From assembly GCA_050084985.1 (NCBI GenBank), contig JBITNC010000002.1, forward strand, positions 434,001 to 498,000: 64,000 nt of DNA, read 5' to 3'. Within the stretch, counting starts at the first letter, position 1. The number at the start of each line of letters is the position of its first letter. This DNA comes from Nageia nagi. Lineage: Eukaryota; Plantae; Pinophyta. A program made the translations under genes and the position numbers. This document shows positions 12,501 to 27,545 of this stretch, piece by piece. The notes beneath the pieces were generated by a model. That model saw only the letters and a program-made list of their open reading frames with translations, was not told where the DNA came from and did no database searches.

Positions 12501-15500
12501 GTTTTTGGTGCTACCAAGCACATGATTAGCCAAAAGGAATGGTTCATTTCTTTAGATGAGAAATCCTATTCATGTCGAGTATGATTGGGAGATGACACAC
12601 CATTTGCCATTGAGGGCAAAGATGTGCACATCCCTCTTGGGAAGAATAACTGTCAAATTAAGGAGGTCCTGTATGTGCTAGGACTCAAAAAGAATCTCTT
12701 GTCTATCGATCAAATGTTGGATCACAACCTTAGAGTAGAGTTTGATACTTTGGACAGGAAGAAACAATGACTAACGCGAGACAAATCCAAAGATTCTTGG
12801 ATTGTGGTTTGAGCAATAGGAGTTGGGAATATGTTCCTATTTGATGTTGTGGCTTCCAACAATCAGGCATTCATTGTTAATATTTTGGATGACACCACTC
12901 TTTGGCATCGCAAATATGGACACATGAATCCCAACTGCTTGATTGCCTTGTAGCAAATGAAGATGGTTCATTGTCTTCCATCTCTTACTTCTCCTACACC
13001 TATTTGTTCTTTGTGCATCACAGGAAAACAACATAGGGTACCTTTTGAGACTAGCACCCATTGTGCAAAGGGACTTCTTAAAGTGACTCATTTCAATCTA
13101 TACAACCCCATTAAAGCCAGCCACACTGGCTACCGATATTTCCTATTGTTTGTTAATGATTATTCCGGAAGATGTGGGTGTATTGCTTGAAAGCAAAGTC
13201 AGAGACCTTTGAGTGTTTCAAGGAGTTCAAGGCTCATGTGGAGAATGCCATTGGCCGTCAAATCCATGTACTTTGCTCAGATCGAGGGGGAGAGTACACA
13301 TCAAATGAGTTTTCTGCAACAATTGACCACATCATACACACCACAACAAAATAGAGTTATTAAATGATGGAATCGTACCATTGTAGAGATGGTGAAGAGC
13401 ATGTTGAAGGATGCAAAGTTGCATCCTGCTTTTTGGGCGGAAGCTATGAGGATTGTAGTATATTTGTTGCATAGAGCACCTACAAAATCTATTGGGAAAA
13501 TAACTCCTAAAGAAGCATGGTCAAGGGTGAAACCATCTATCTCTCATCTTTGAGTATTTGGTCGCACGGCCTACATGCACATTCCCAAAGAGAAATGGAC
13601 AAAGTTGGAAGACAAGTCCTTGAGGTGCATTCTTCTCAAGTATAGTAGCGAATCTAAAGGCTACATGCTCATTGGTCCTACTATTCAAGAGATATATGTG
13701 AGCAAAGATGTTATTTTTGATGAGATTGGTGATTCTCCAACCAATATTGAGAGAGGAGTAGGTTATGTTATATTTTTACCATCTACTCACTCTAGTTGAC
13801 CAACTTGGTATAAGAGGACACTATAGGATTCACATTTGAGTGTTTTACCAAACACTTCTATTTCTAGACCAAGGACACATTGCATGGCTCAAGAGGAAGT
13901 GAATCTAGTATTAATGAGCACGGTAGTGAATAGTCATGAACCTAAGAAGGTTTGTGAGGCCTTTGATTTATGCCATTGGAAATCAACCATGAAGGTTGAG
14001 TATGATGCCTTGATGAAAAACGGCACATGGGTGTTAGTAGATCTTCCACTAAGAAAAGAGGCTATTGGGTGCAAGTGGGTGTTCAAGATAAAGTACAAAG
14101 TTGATAGAACACTTAACAAACACAAGGCCCATCTAGTTGCAAAGGGATATGCCTAAGAGGAAGGCATAGATTATGAGACATTTTCTCCCACAGCCAAGAT
14201 GGATACCATCATGATTGATTTTGCAATGGTTGCACAATTTTGGCTGGAAAATGTGTCAAATGGATGTGAAGTGTCTTTATGAACGGAGACTTGGAGGAAG
14301 AAGTTTACATGCAACAACCTAAAGGATTTTTTGTTAATCCAAGCAAAGGAAAAGTGTGTAGATTGATAAAGTCTTAGTATGGCTTAAAACAATCTCCAAG
14401 AGCCTAGTACATCAAGATTGATGAGCACTTACTACAACATGGCTTTGTTAGGATTCTTTACGATCCTAATTTCTATAGTGAACAACATGTGGGAGGGGGG
14501 GGGGAGATAGCCATTATGGTGTATATGTCAATGATTTGTCATTATGCATATCTCAAGATGGCCGACACAACATAGAAAATATAAATGATCACATAGTATA
14601 TTTATATGGTCAATGGAAAGGGGATTATCCCATATTCCAAGATGGACCATATAATTTAACACCTATAATATGCATGTACCTAACATTTTATGAAAATTTG
14701 GTAGCATAAATTGAAAAAACTCAAAAATAACTTATAAATTTTTTGAAAAAATATTTATCACCATGAGTTGCCTTTCTACATTGTTCTTGGCTTAGTCACC
14801 CCGACAAGTTCAAAGAGGTATAGAGCACTTAACTCCTAGGGTTAACACTATCACTATGAAAAAAAACTAGACAAGTTGTTATCTTTGGAAACAAGTGCAA
14901 AAATCTAAAAATGGTAGTTCTTTCCTTATCACTACCAAATCATAAGATAGATGGAGTATCTATGTGATGCATAATTGTTGTTGTCAATGTTACATTTACA
15001 AATTGTTATTGTATCTTTTGTAGCGATCGTAAAAATCGAAAAAATCATTATGAAATTTGAAGAGATTCTAAGTGGTTACATCGTTGCTCACTATCGTTGC
15101 AAAAGATGATTATAGAGGTTACATCATTGCTCATGGTTAGAGTGATTTAGATTTAGATAATTATTGTTTGTCCTCATTTGTTTCTTACCGATTGTTTGTT
15201 GCTAGTAAAAGATAAGGTAAATTCGCCACAAATACTAAATGCAAGTATTTTGTTAAGTTTTGGTTATTTTTAATGTTTTATCTAGGAAAGTGCAAGTGAT
15301 AGAAGTGTTAGCTTGTCCTTGTGCTTTTCAAAGTGAAAGGCTCAAGCTTTATCAATTTTGCAACAGAAGAGTTGCATAGGTTTTTTGGTTTCTTATAGGG
15401 AACATACCTGTTTGGCTTTTCATTTTGCAACAAAGAACTATAGTTAAAGATTTTATTTGAAGAGGTCAATTGCTTATTGAACTATAAAGCCTAATTACAT

Positions 15501-16414
15501 TTAACTGATTGTGCATATAGGAAAAGCTAAAAGTTCAACTAGCAAACAAGTATCGTGCAAAGGGGCCACAAACTTTTGGAACTAAAAGATACACCTATAG
15601 AGGCCTCTTCTAGGGACCACTTAAGTGATATTAAAGAAATGGCATAGACATAAACAAATGCACTTCAAATCCTTGAAAGCTTACAACCTCTATCAAAGGC
15701 CAAAAACAAGCAAACTTAGCATATGTTATTGGATTAGTCAAGGCTATGGTGTTTCCTTTTACTCTTTCATTTCCAAAGTTGGTGTTAGAAGCAACTAACT
15801 ATTATGATGCTAATTCTAGGAAGATCCTAACCAAGATAGGTGTTGACACCTAATTTGGATACCTTTATCTTAAATTAGTTGTCATATTACTTATTTGACA
15901 TTATGATTTGTTTTAATGTTATATCTCATATTATTGTCATTTAAGCCGAGATATGTTTTCTTCTCATGTTGTTTCTCTGTGTATGGAAGGACCCTAGCGT
16001 CGACACTCTCCTGTAGGTGTGCATTATGGTGGTTCTTGTTCCTATAAAAGGAGGTAAGATAACATGAGAAGGCTATCAAATTCTCATCTCGATAGTCATA
16101 CTCAAATATTAAAAGAGCTTAGGTGCCTTTCGATACCGCCTATTGAGATTGGGATCTGTTATCACACGAGCATTTGTCATTCATCTTTCACAATATGCTA
16201 ATTTGTAGGAGCCATAGCGTCGATGCTAACTATAGTATATGTGCTACCCTAGCCTATAATATCATCTTCACTATTGAGTCTTGCATTCCAAGGTTGCATC
16301 TTCGGGACAAGTCAAATTTGAGAATACAATCAATCGTCTAGGTAAGGTGAAAGGTATATCTCTCATGATCCCTCTCTATTAGGTTCTAAGCATTATTGTC
16401 ACTAGTTCACATTT

Positions 16415-17155
16415 TGTAATGTTTTAATGTTCCCAATTACCAAGTAAAACCCAAATGACTTGTGCAATAATTAATTAAACAGGATCAGATATGTAATAAT
16501 GAAATAAATCAACGCAACAAGCCAAGAAATGAGAGATCCAAGATCAAACAATGAGATATATCAATAATGATCAAAGTACAACGCTCCAATGGCCCAATGG
16601 GCTAGACGCCTAGCTCACAAGACTAGATCTCACTACACCAATGCTAAAAATCCCAATAAGAACTCCTCTTCAAGTTGGATGCACAATCTTTGAAGCACCA
16701 AGTGAGCTCGAGATGGGTCTGCAACAAGAACTCAAGGGTTTTCGTCCTTGGTTCCTACACCTTGAGGGTTTTCGTCCCCAAGAAATCTCCCTATTGTGGG
16801 TTTTCGTCCACATGAAGCCTAGAGAAGTGGCGAGCTACTCACTCCAAAGATAGATGATCAAGATGCCTTCACAATGATGCGCTTCTCCATTTTATAGATG
16901 AACTTGTAATTACAAGTTTCATCATGAAATGGTTGGCCGACCCAACCCAAAAGGTTCTAATAAAATAAAAAATAATAAAATACTCCTAAATATCCCTAGA
17001 AGAGGGCCGCCCAATTCAAGATGCTCATTTACAACATTTTTGCATCTTAAATGGGATGGCCAACAAATAGAGATATTACAAATCATCCTAAATACATCAA
17101 AAGACACCTAAATTTCAAAAATATCATTATCTCCTCCTGGAAGAGGGACATCACA
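16415..17155 (-). mobile_element. Solo-LTR-like element
   Basis: Termini TGTAATGT(T)...GGGACATCACA; internal triple GGTTTTCGTCC; no clear TSD; orientation is inferred. Confidence 0.55.
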
Positions 17156-17599
17156 CTCCAAGAGGCAAAATTGCAACATTACAATAAATTAAATGAGTGA
17201 GACCCACACAAGTGATTGTAGAAATCTGGATTTGAAGGTGAATTTCAAAGTGTAATATCTCCTTCATTTCCTGATGAAACCATATCATGTAACCTGTCAA
17301 ACATTTGGCAGGAGATGCTCTATCCATTTTAGAAGACAAATCGGCAATTATTGGCTCGTGGAAAATGGAATCCCTAGAAAACAAAAAATGAATGGAACTC
17401 CGAAAATTGGGACATTACACATTCATATTATATTTCAGATTATTGCATCCTTCATTGTTTTGTACTTAGTGAATTCGCAAGATACGCAAGTTCATCCAAT
17501 AGTACCCTTCTATATTTATATCAGATGTTTATTTACAATTAGCTTAGAGAGTTAATTAAAAACATCTACAATAGAGTAAGTGATTGTCGATTTTTCTCT

Positions 17600-20500
17600 A
17601 GGAAGGATAGAAGCAACTTTTGCAATATCCAAAAGAGAGGTTAAATATGGAGAAGAGCAATCCTTTGAAGAATGCAAGACAAAGCTTGATTGAAGCCAAA
17701 GCATTACGACAAAACACCAACAAATCATGAAGACTTCTTGGAATATGTTTAAGGATGAACATGCTAAATGCATAAGTTTTATATCCGAAGTTTTAGGTAA
17801 ACCAAATGATGAAAAGTTTTGAAAGGAACTTCTAGCCTTCTTTTTACAGATTCGGAGGGGGGCTCCAACTCAAGTGGGGCAAAGTTATTAATAATACTCT
17901 GAAGGATTAATTGTCCACAATAAGGGGAACTAAGAAATTTCAAATGATGAGCTACTTTGTATAGATCATGATGAATGGGAAGGTGAGCCTAACTTACAAG
18001 GCATTCAAGATGGAATTGATAAATGGGAGAAGTATTAAGTTTGGTCTGCATATCCTGTGGTACAAAGCCAAAAAATGGGAGAAGTATGCCATGAGGAATG
18101 ATGTGTGGGAATACAAAATATATAAAGGTATAGCTAGAACTGACACTATTTAGAGGGTGTCAGTCAAATCTTAAATTACTCTCATCGATCATGCTGATTG
18201 ATTCATTGAGAATGAAAAATTTACTTAGCTTAAGAATACATGGTTCTAGGCAAGTTCCTAATCGGCTCCCAAGATATGCTAATGATTAGATAAATGATAT
18301 GTGAGTTTGTGAGACAATTGCTTTATTTGCATGACCATGTATATAACAAAAACGCAAGCACCATCAAAATGCATGTTTCAATTGGGTTTTATCAGTGTCA
18401 CTCCTGGTTAGGAGCTAGGCTTCTGGCACAAATATTGGACCCCTTTGCCTTTGATAAAGAATTAGTTTATGGTCAATATGATCCACAAGGAAAGATTAAA
18501 ACATTTAATAATTGTCTTTGATAAAAATTATTCTCACAGCTGTTATGGAGAGTTGGAGAAGTACAGAAACTTAAAGAGCAATGCTGATGGTGCCAATGTT
18601 AAGGCAAAAATTGAGAAACAAAAGGTAGTCAATTCTTCTATGCAAGTAGTGTCTTCCAGTACTTCAAACTCAACTTCCTCTTCTTCATCACAGGATTCTG
18701 CAAAAAATGATTCTCCTTCTCAGCTAGCCATGGGAGGCAGAATTCTGCAAGTAGCGGCAGTGATATAGATGGAAATACTCTAGACAAGGTGGAAGCAGTT
18801 CAATCATAAAAAGACGATTCTTCCCTAAGTCAAGGAGCAGTTGTGGCTCAAGACTTAGTGGTATCAGCTAATGCTAAACCTGCAAAGAATAATGGCACTA
18901 GAAGTCCAACTTCAACATGACACATCTACTATCACTACTGCTGCAGCATCTCTTTCTGATCCATTGATTGAAAAAGTCACAATTAAAAGATCTAAAAGAT
19001 TCAAAGAATTATTAAGAAGATAAAAACATCATCATCAGAAGATATAGGAGCTGTTCAAGAAACATCACAAGATGATGGAGTTAAAAAGGTTAAAAAAAGA
19101 AAATTAATCATTGAGAATGATGATTGAAGTGGATCATTTATTCCTACAAGGACTCAAGGGCCAACCCCTCTCAGTTTTCCTTCTCCCACAATCAGGATTA
19201 GACCTGTGGCCTCACCAAAGACAATGCCAGGGGACTCTCAACCAACGCAGCCTCCAATAAGCACGATTGTGCAAGTAGTGTCATCTCAACCAACCACATA
19301 TGTTATTTCACCCAAACAAATATCAACTAACATCAGCAACAACAGTATTGACATTGATATGCTTTTACAGGGGGTTAGAGACATTACAAGGGAAGAAAAC
19401 ATTCGAAATACTGTAAATATAAGGAGATCACCTCGATCTGTAGAAAGCTCACTACATCTGAACGATTCCTGTCAAGGCCTTCCCATTCATACTTTTTCTT
19501 CCAAAGTGCAACCCCCATTAGGAAAAGATGATTTGATTATTCATAGTCATGCTATTCAAATTGGTAAAATTGACATTGAGAGAGGCAAGACTTACAAGCG
19601 GTGTCTAAGCGATGAAAAATAAAGACTCAAAATACTGGAAGCTAAATGCTGATTTGAAGGCAGAATTGAAGAAATATAAGACAAAGTCTGGAGAAATAGA
19701 ACAGGTTCGTTTTTCCCAGTTTATTAGCTTCAATCAACTTAAATTATGTACAAGACAAGAATCGAATTTGAGGGAGGAAGAGAAACAAATTATCTCTTGT
19801 ATTCTTGATTCTTTTAAAACACTTTATGATTATTTTGTTCTTTTATTGAAATTAAAAAGAGAGGTCAAAGGATATATTGAAGAAGTGTCAATATTACAGG
19901 AGGTTTGGGATGCACATATGGATGATGTAGAAGATTCAATGATTGATGTTGTTAACAGAAAACCGCAACATGAAAACACCATCAATAGTTTTTCTGACAG
20001 ATCCCTATTCCACGTTAATAATTTTCAAGTCATAATTGGCTAGCATCAAGAAATTCATGGCGTGGCACATGCTTCATACAATAAGGTGAAGGCTATTTCG
20101 GTAGAGTCTCATATTAACATCCTCCTGCCAGATCAAACTCCTCAGGTCAAGAAGTACTGGTTGCTGAAATCAAGCAAATGCTAAAAGACTTTGTTGTCGG
20201 AGGATGTAAACGTATTAAAAGGCAAAACATATTTTCCCATTTATTAGAAAATAACAAAAATGGAATATAGAAAAGAGTCGATCGAGGAAGTTGAAGACAC
20301 GGTGAGAACATACAGAAAATGACTTCCAGTCAGTGCGTTTAGTTGTTTCATCAGCAACTGGAATGGGCGCCATAGTTGAAATACTTAAGAAACTTAGTAT
20401 ACTCAATTATCTAGTAATTGACACAGAAAATGAACAGCCACAATGCTTTTGTAATAGTTTTCTTTTGATATTACTCAGAAAATATAACAATTTTGATTCT
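17600..20500 (+). pseudogene. Decayed retrotransposon accessory ORF (conifer-type N-terminal domain, Ser-rich linker, coiled coil)
   Basis: Readable FKDEHAKCISFISEVLG...KWGKVINNTLKD*L...KKFQMMSY, then ORF fragments 18469-18768 and 19206-20043. Family assignment is from recollection of conifer LTR-element ORFs, not a search. Confidence 0.5.
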
Positions 20501-22080
20501 ACATGTATGAGTATGTAATTTGAGAGTTAGAAAAAGTTAATGTAGCGTTTTGCTGAAGAAAGACAATACAAGCTTGGAAAGCTATTTTGTAGTTTGCTAT
20601 ATTGCTTTTACAAAAATATAATCATATTCTGATTTGCTTAGTTTGAGAATGGCTAAATAGAGATCTTCATGCAATGCTTTTCTCTGCGTGATCAATGTTG
20701 ATTGTGGGTAATGTTTAAATACATCTTTATTCATTTTTCAGAACAAATATTTCTCATTTATAACTTGCAAGTAATCTTCACAGGGTACAGTTCATGCTTC
20801 AGTTACAGGATTGTTTCAACAGTCCATCTAGTTTAGTGTGTATTTTCAGCATTGTTCATTCGAGGGCCCTCATAAACTGAAAGAGATCACTATGAGGGTA
20901 GATGATCTAGTTGAACTACCATAAAGATTTTCTTGACGGAAAATCTTATCAACACATCCCATTCTTTCTATAACTCTTTTCTACAGATTTTATTATGATC
21001 TTCAGCATTCAAGCACCACTTTAAAAACTGAGTCACACTGTAGTCATCTTAGAATTATCACAACTCATTACTACAAATTTCGTCATGTTCTAGCATGAGT
21101 CGCAAAACGCCAACATTCTAGCACCCAATGCCGAGTGCAACAACATTTTGGGATCAAAATTCCATAAAAAAATGTTTTGATCCTAAACACCCAAAGCGCA
21201 AACATTCTAAGAACTAGCACTCAAAATCAGTATTTTAAAAATCAGCGATTAATCTCCATCATCGCCAATTATTGGCATTTTCCCCTTAAACGAATATTGG
21301 TATGAAAATCGCCAAAACTCGCATCTAGCAGAATATCCGCTTTCAGCCGATTTTGGCCGAGTTTTTGGCCGAATAATCTCCCGAATCACGAATCTCAAGG
21401 CAAAAACTCAGCAGGAAACCCAAGATGCAAAAAAAAAACAGAAAAATACTCCAAAATCTTCTTTAAATTCGTTGGGGGGCACTCACCAACACACAAAGTC
21501 TTCCAAGGGCACCAAGCTAGGAGAGGAGAGTGCAAGAGTCTTCAATAGTCCAAAACAGTCTGCTGTTAACAATCTTCAACCCAACCATCTCCAGCCAACT
21601 CCAGCTTAGTTTTTTTTTGCAGATCTTTACAAGAATGTTGTTGAAATATTAAAATGAATTAACCCTTTAACTTTTGCAGCCATTAAAGTTTGCTGAAGAG
21701 AGTAGGCTCTACATGTGCAACAAAAGTTGATATGGTGTATCAGAAATCTGAAGCATTTAAAGTTTGCTAACAACTAACAAATAAATTTTTGTCATTTATT
21801 TTTCTATTTTATTTCATTCCATAGAAAATGGGGCAAACTGGTAAGAGCGATGCTAGGGCAGCAGCAAGAGAGAGAGGGAAGGCCAGAAAGAAAGCACATT
21901 GTTTCAGTTTTTTATGTTGACAGTATGCTACTAAGCAGACTTTTTGGTATTTAGTAACATAGTAATATGTAATGCAATTGGCAAAATTTAATGCAATTTT
22001 TTATTAATGAAATTAGTTGTTTGCTACCCTATATCTGTTGTTTTAATCTCACTTCAGTCTGCTGTTGTTTTTGGGAATGA

Positions 22081-22289
22081 TGTTGGGTTATATAGATTCA
22101 AACAAAATATATATGCGGAATAAAAACTTGTAGAAATAAGTAAAACAGATAACCAAGAACAATCACACAAAAGATTAACACAGTATTTAACGAGGTTCAC
22201 CTAGTGTGGGCTACGTCCCCGGAGAAACTACCAATCGGATCTCCATCACAGTCCAAAATACAAAGGGATTATAATCTGCATCAACCCTG

Positions 22290-22339
<50 letters not shown>

Positions 22340-22380
22340 CAGGGTTGATGCAGATTATATATATATATATATATACTGAA
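22081..22380 (-). mobile_element. LTR fragment nested in the hAT element
   Basis: Starts TGTTGG; minus-strand GGACGTAGCCCACACTAGGTGAAC resembles the LTR motifs at about 47393 and 51923. Confidence 0.5.
22270..22359. repeat. Perfect 90-bp palindrome centred on (AT)n
   Basis: TATAATCTGCATCAACCCTGAAA-(TA)n-TTTCAGGGTTGATGCAGATTATA. Confidence 0.95.
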
Positions 22381-24024
22381 ATATAAATTTCTGTTACGGT
22401 TTCTTTTTGCCTTTTTTTGCTGATTTTAATTCGAGTTTTTGCCGAGTAAATGATTAATCTCCACACCAGGCCAAACGATTATTGGCACACCCTGTACTTT
22501 CAAACCTTGCTCATAATACTAACATTTTGGCTTCAGATGCATTTTGGAAGCCACTATGGCTCGATTTGCATGCCAAATATCAACAAAAAATCTTCATAAG
22601 TTTATCCCGTGCATGTTCATTTTCAGATTGTACTAGCAGTTCAAATTAACATCTCCTGTCAAAAAGTGCATTTTTGTTTCACACTTTTAGAATTATCAAT
22701 CAGAACACGATCTTTGATTGCTCGATACACGGGGCAGCTTAGAATTATTCATCAATTTTATCATCAGCATTATCATTTTCAGGATTAACTTTTATTTTAT
22801 TAAAAATCATGAATTATCCTCCTCAATGCCTCGGCATGAATAACGTCACTCATCAAGATAAAGGCAATTTTTCAACATTCCGTTAGTTTTTTTATCTCAC
22901 CTTTTGCTCCAATATGCTTATTCAGCAAAAACTTTCACAAGCAACCTAAAACAAAAGGGGAAATAAATACCATTTGCTTTGCTCTGAAATAATATGCTCA
23001 TCCATGCTTTTATCTACCCTTTTTATCTGTTAGGACAAGGACAGGACTCCAACCATATCACAATAGGTTCAATAATCATATGTTTTTCAAAATATATTTA
23101 ATTTTGCCTAATATCATCTTGCAGGATCATAGCAACAACAATTGCGCAAAGCTTCATCAAGCTTTATATCCCTTTATATTTTGGGGGATGTGGTCTCAAG
23201 TTCTCTCCCTCAACCACACCCCCAAAAGGGCACCCTATAGATACTCAAATTCGCAATTTAGCCTTCTAAAATGACTTTTATTTAAGCATTTATTTGATTT
23301 ATGTAAAAGAACAAATTTGAACTCAATTGAGATTATTTTTGGAAATTAACTTAAATAATATCTTCTAATTTCACATTCTCTCTCTAAACACCTTGGTTTA
23401 GGTGATCCAACCTAGGTGAATTCAAAATTAGATTTCTCTAAATATATGTAAGGCAAATAGCAAAAACTTATTTGAGAGGTGCAACATGTACAAAAATAGA
23501 TTCTAGAAAACATACATCATATATGATCGGAATATCAAAGGAACATCTTAGGAATAAATTGAATAATCCCTTTTGCATGCTTTAAAACTATCATCTTCTT
23601 CCAAGTTTTTCCTATAGTCATGTATTGTGGCAAAATTATGTAAGGTCACCAGATTAGGCTAAATGTCGCAAAAAACATCCACTACAAGTCACCACACCTT
23701 AAAACACCATCAAACTCAAAACGTGGACATTCTAGATCTTGCATCCTAGAACTCGAGTGATTTGGTCCTTGACCCAAAATGACCCTGAACCAATCTTAGA
23801 AGCTTAGTCCAAACCAATACAACGCAGATTTGTCATCCATTCACACCAAAAACACAAGGATTTATCATTTGAGAACACAAGCTGCTAGTCAACTAACCAC
23901 CAATTCCAAATAAATGTTCTAGTTCTAGTACTAGTTCAAGTTTTGGTGTTTTGGTTCGATTTGGGAATTCGACTAAAATGTTTTTAGGGTTTGGGTTCGT
24001 CCATACAAAAAACATGTAAAACTT

Positions 24025-24072
24025 ATATATATATATATATGTGTGTGTGTGGTGTGTGTGTGTGTGTGTGTA
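24025..24072. repeat. (TA)n(TG)n microsatellite
   Basis: Seen directly. Confidence 0.9.
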
Positions 24073-26110
24073 GCTTAAATTAAGATTAGAGTATCATATA
24101 GCATCATATAAACAACAAAATCACCATAAACTTGAATGTCATTTAAAACATGTATGATAAATATTAAATATTCATCGTTTAAACTTCAAGTTCAATATTA
24201 AAAATATCAAGTTCAACAATGAGTTCAATGATTAATCAGCAAAGTCATCATTATCATTGACATTAGATGATGTAGGAATATTATATGAACCACAAGCAGT
24301 GCCATTGTCACTTGCACTAATAGTGTGTTCATTTTGGCTATCGAATTCATCAAATGCAATATGGTGGGAATTGGATGCATCAAAGTCAATATGCTTTGGC
24401 TCTATATCACACAACTTCATCTCCCATTGCTTATAGTCATTTTGTTTGTGTGAAAGGAGACACAAGTTGGAATGCACATATACTAAATTCTCTTCTTTTT
24501 TTTAATGCAATTTATTGTGCTTTACTAAGTGGATCAAAGAATATGTGCTTCGATTCCTCTCCAATGCAGATGAACTAGCAACCAATGAAGATAAAATATT
24601 AAATAAACAATAAAAATTATACATTATAAAAATAAATTAAAAAGTTAAAAACTATAAATGAAACTTCAAAAACTAAAAAATAAAAATTTATTAAACTTAC
24701 TTGTGATAAAACTTTGATTACGAGGGGTTGCAAGTTTCAAAAGTATTGGCCATGGAAGTACCACCAGCTATGAGCATCCTTTTTGAACCTATCACAAAGA
24801 GCCTCAATACTTTGACCATTCAAATGCACGAAATCAATGAACTCATTCATGACTATATCTCGCAATTCAATTTTAGGGAATAGTCTAACAAATGTTTCCT
24901 TGTATCCTTCAAACACTTCAAACTATCTATGTGGGGCAACCCTTTCTGGCACATAAAGAAACTCACTACTATAGTATTTTGGAGACAATGCAAAGGCAAG
25001 GAGATGTAATGGAGTACTCATTTTGTTTCATCTTTCTTCAACAATTGCATGCACTTGTTTGAAGAAAGTCTCTTGAGGGTCTATCTCTTTCGCATTTATG
25101 ATGCACTTCATCTTCTCAATCATTGAGTCGATGCCATCATATATCTTGCCAATGCAAGGCCTATCCATGTCAGTATAGTGAATCATGCACAAAATAAGCT
25201 CGATGAAACTAAGGAGATACTCTACACGATCCCACCATGAGTCATCTAATATAATCTTCTTAATTTTTGTTTCCTTTTCAATGCTGCTTTGCCTCCATAT
25301 AGACCAATTTTGGCTAATCACCATGCTAGAAAGTGCCTCTCTAACTTTCACAAATCATCTCAAGACGATTGTGAGGCAAAACAGATCTTTGCAACCTATT
25401 ACAAATTATTAAAAAAATATTAAATAAAATTAAAAACAAACTTTAATGAAGAATTAGAATATACAACCAAATTATGAAAATGTAAAATTTTATACTACTT
25501 TACTTACCTTCAATACCTCCAATTTTGAAAATGATCTAAAAATTCCTTGAGACTGTTAGGTAGTTTTTCTTTCCTACCATGTTGATAGGCAAATGATTCG
25601 CAAAGCTCACAAAGAAACCAACACCTAGGTGAAAGGGCGTTACCCCTTCCCTCTATGAGGACTGGTTACCTCAAAGGTCTCTTGGATGGATATGCAAGAA
25701 CAAGACTTAAAGATTGGCTAGGATGTTTGAGGTTGCCACCAACTCAAATAAAATTTGTTAATCAAAGACTCGAATTGTCTGGGTGCCAAGACAAGGTTTG
25801 TTTCTCAAATACTATAAATAAAAGAGGTTGGGAAAGCCGTGGAAAAAAAGTAAAAAATAAAGAAAAAGTGTAAGAGGGAAAATTGGAAATGGCTCGAACC
25901 ATATAAATTCAGCTCTTTACATCAAGCTCCACCGATGAGTACAATGTCTGAATACCAAGTTCCTCTAGGTTTGTCCTGAGTTCCATGCATCCACCTACCC
26001 TTTCATACTAGTCAACAACACAAATGGGTCTAGAAGAAGGAATATCCTCTCACACTTGCCAACAACACGAATGGTCTAGCAAAGGGAGTGTCAACTATTT
26101 TAGCACACAA

Positions 26111-27129
26111 GTAACTATAATACCAGGCCTTCCTCTTGCAATGATCTTTCATCTCGATGCACTGCTTTACTTAGTGGTAATGCAATTTAGACACTATGAC
26201 CAATGCAATAATCGTACAATGGAACAATGATATAATATTATTGATGAAAGTGAAGATACAAATACAACAAGAGTTACAATGCAATGGTAAGAAACTCTCA
26301 CCATGATGATAGCTATGGACTTGGTTATCTCGTGAGGAGCACCATCACCTGCTCAACTCAACAACAAATCAAACACAACCATTATCACAACTTCACAAGG
26401 AGAGCCTTCTTACAACAAAACTCCAACCTTCTCTTCACTTGGATAATCACGAACACAATATAACACTTGACACACTTATGAAACTAAGACTCAAGACTCA
26501 TCACACATATATAAACTTCTTTACAACTTAACAACTCACTCACAGATTCAACTCAACTTGACTTGACTCCCACTAGACTTGCTCTAGACTTTGTACTCAA
26601 CTTGTGCTCAACTTGCACTAGACTTGTGCTTAACTTGCCTTACATGCCCATAGCACTTCTCTATTTATAGGCTAGAGAAGGTATCTAGATTTCTCTACAA
26701 CTTGAATTTTAAACTACATGATATCTTCATTTCTAGAAATATCCATGAGATACCACATGGATCTTTTGCCACATAACCCTTTTCTAGAAACTCCTTTTAA
26801 ATATCAACAACTACTTCCACATCATCACATATCCTTGTGCCACATAATCCTATGGATAATTCTAGAACATATATCTTCTAGATATTACCCATGGATATTT
26901 CCTACACTTACCATTACTTACTTTCACCATTAACCTTTCACCATCTATCATTTACCATTTACCTTTACCATTTACCTTTTACCGAACTTCACTGACATAG
27001 AGCCCCCATAATACATTTGTACTACTAATCATTTTTAAGACCTTATCTCTTTATTCTGGCTACGCCGTTATCTTGCACAACAAGCTAGTTCCTAGGCACT
27101 ATTACTGATTGTGATACATATCAGTTACA
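26111..27129. mobile_element. Solo LTR nested in solo LTR A
   Basis: (T)GTAACT...AGTTACA ends; flanks CACAA/TGCAA (both derivable from CGCAA by CpG decay); segment absent from copy B. Confidence 0.55.
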
Positions 27130-27545
27130 TGCAAATACTATATATTTATTGGAAAAATTTAACGACAACAAGAGCAAACATCTAAGGGAAGTAAAGGTGT
27201 TGGTTGTATCACAGATGGCACCCTCAACATGTGGATGAAGTTTTCATGCTAAATGTCATATGAAAACACACTTCAGAATTATACAAGTCTAGTTGTATAC
27301 CACGAGCAATCACTGACTACGCATTACATTCAACACTTCAAAAGAATAATCAACCACACTTTTACCCACCTATCAACAGGTTTACAAAATGTTCCAAGCA
27401 TCTAAGTAATAGACACCAATGATAGCATTACATGCCAAAGCTCATAGTAACAAAGAAATGGAGTTGTGCAATTTAACTTAAATCTCATGCCACATTCACT
27501 ATAGACAAGTGCCAAATGGAAAGAATTACTTTACTCATCTAATTG

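Larger units (their letters stand above)
9236..14540 (+). mobile_element. Decayed, 3'-truncated Ty1/copia element (5' LTR 9236-9850, PBS 9851-9862, gag, protease, integrase, partial RT)
   Basis: TG..CA LTR followed by TAGTATCAGAGC (tRNA-iMet PBS, 1 mismatch); motifs LWDIIDG, WYVVSGATKHM, SDRGGEYTS, IGCKWVFKIK, LVAKGYA. Confidence 0.9.
21228..22509. mobile_element. Non-autonomous hAT-type element
   Basis: Imperfect TIRs CAGTATTTTAAAAA / TTTTCAAACCTTG; 8-bp TSD CTCAAAAT/CTCATAAT; GCCGA and GATTAATCTCC subterminal motifs at both ends. Confidence 0.8.

Noticed and set aside
15841-16390. LTR-like segment starting TGTTGACACCTAATTT
   Set aside because: No matching end, PBS, TSD or second copy was found.
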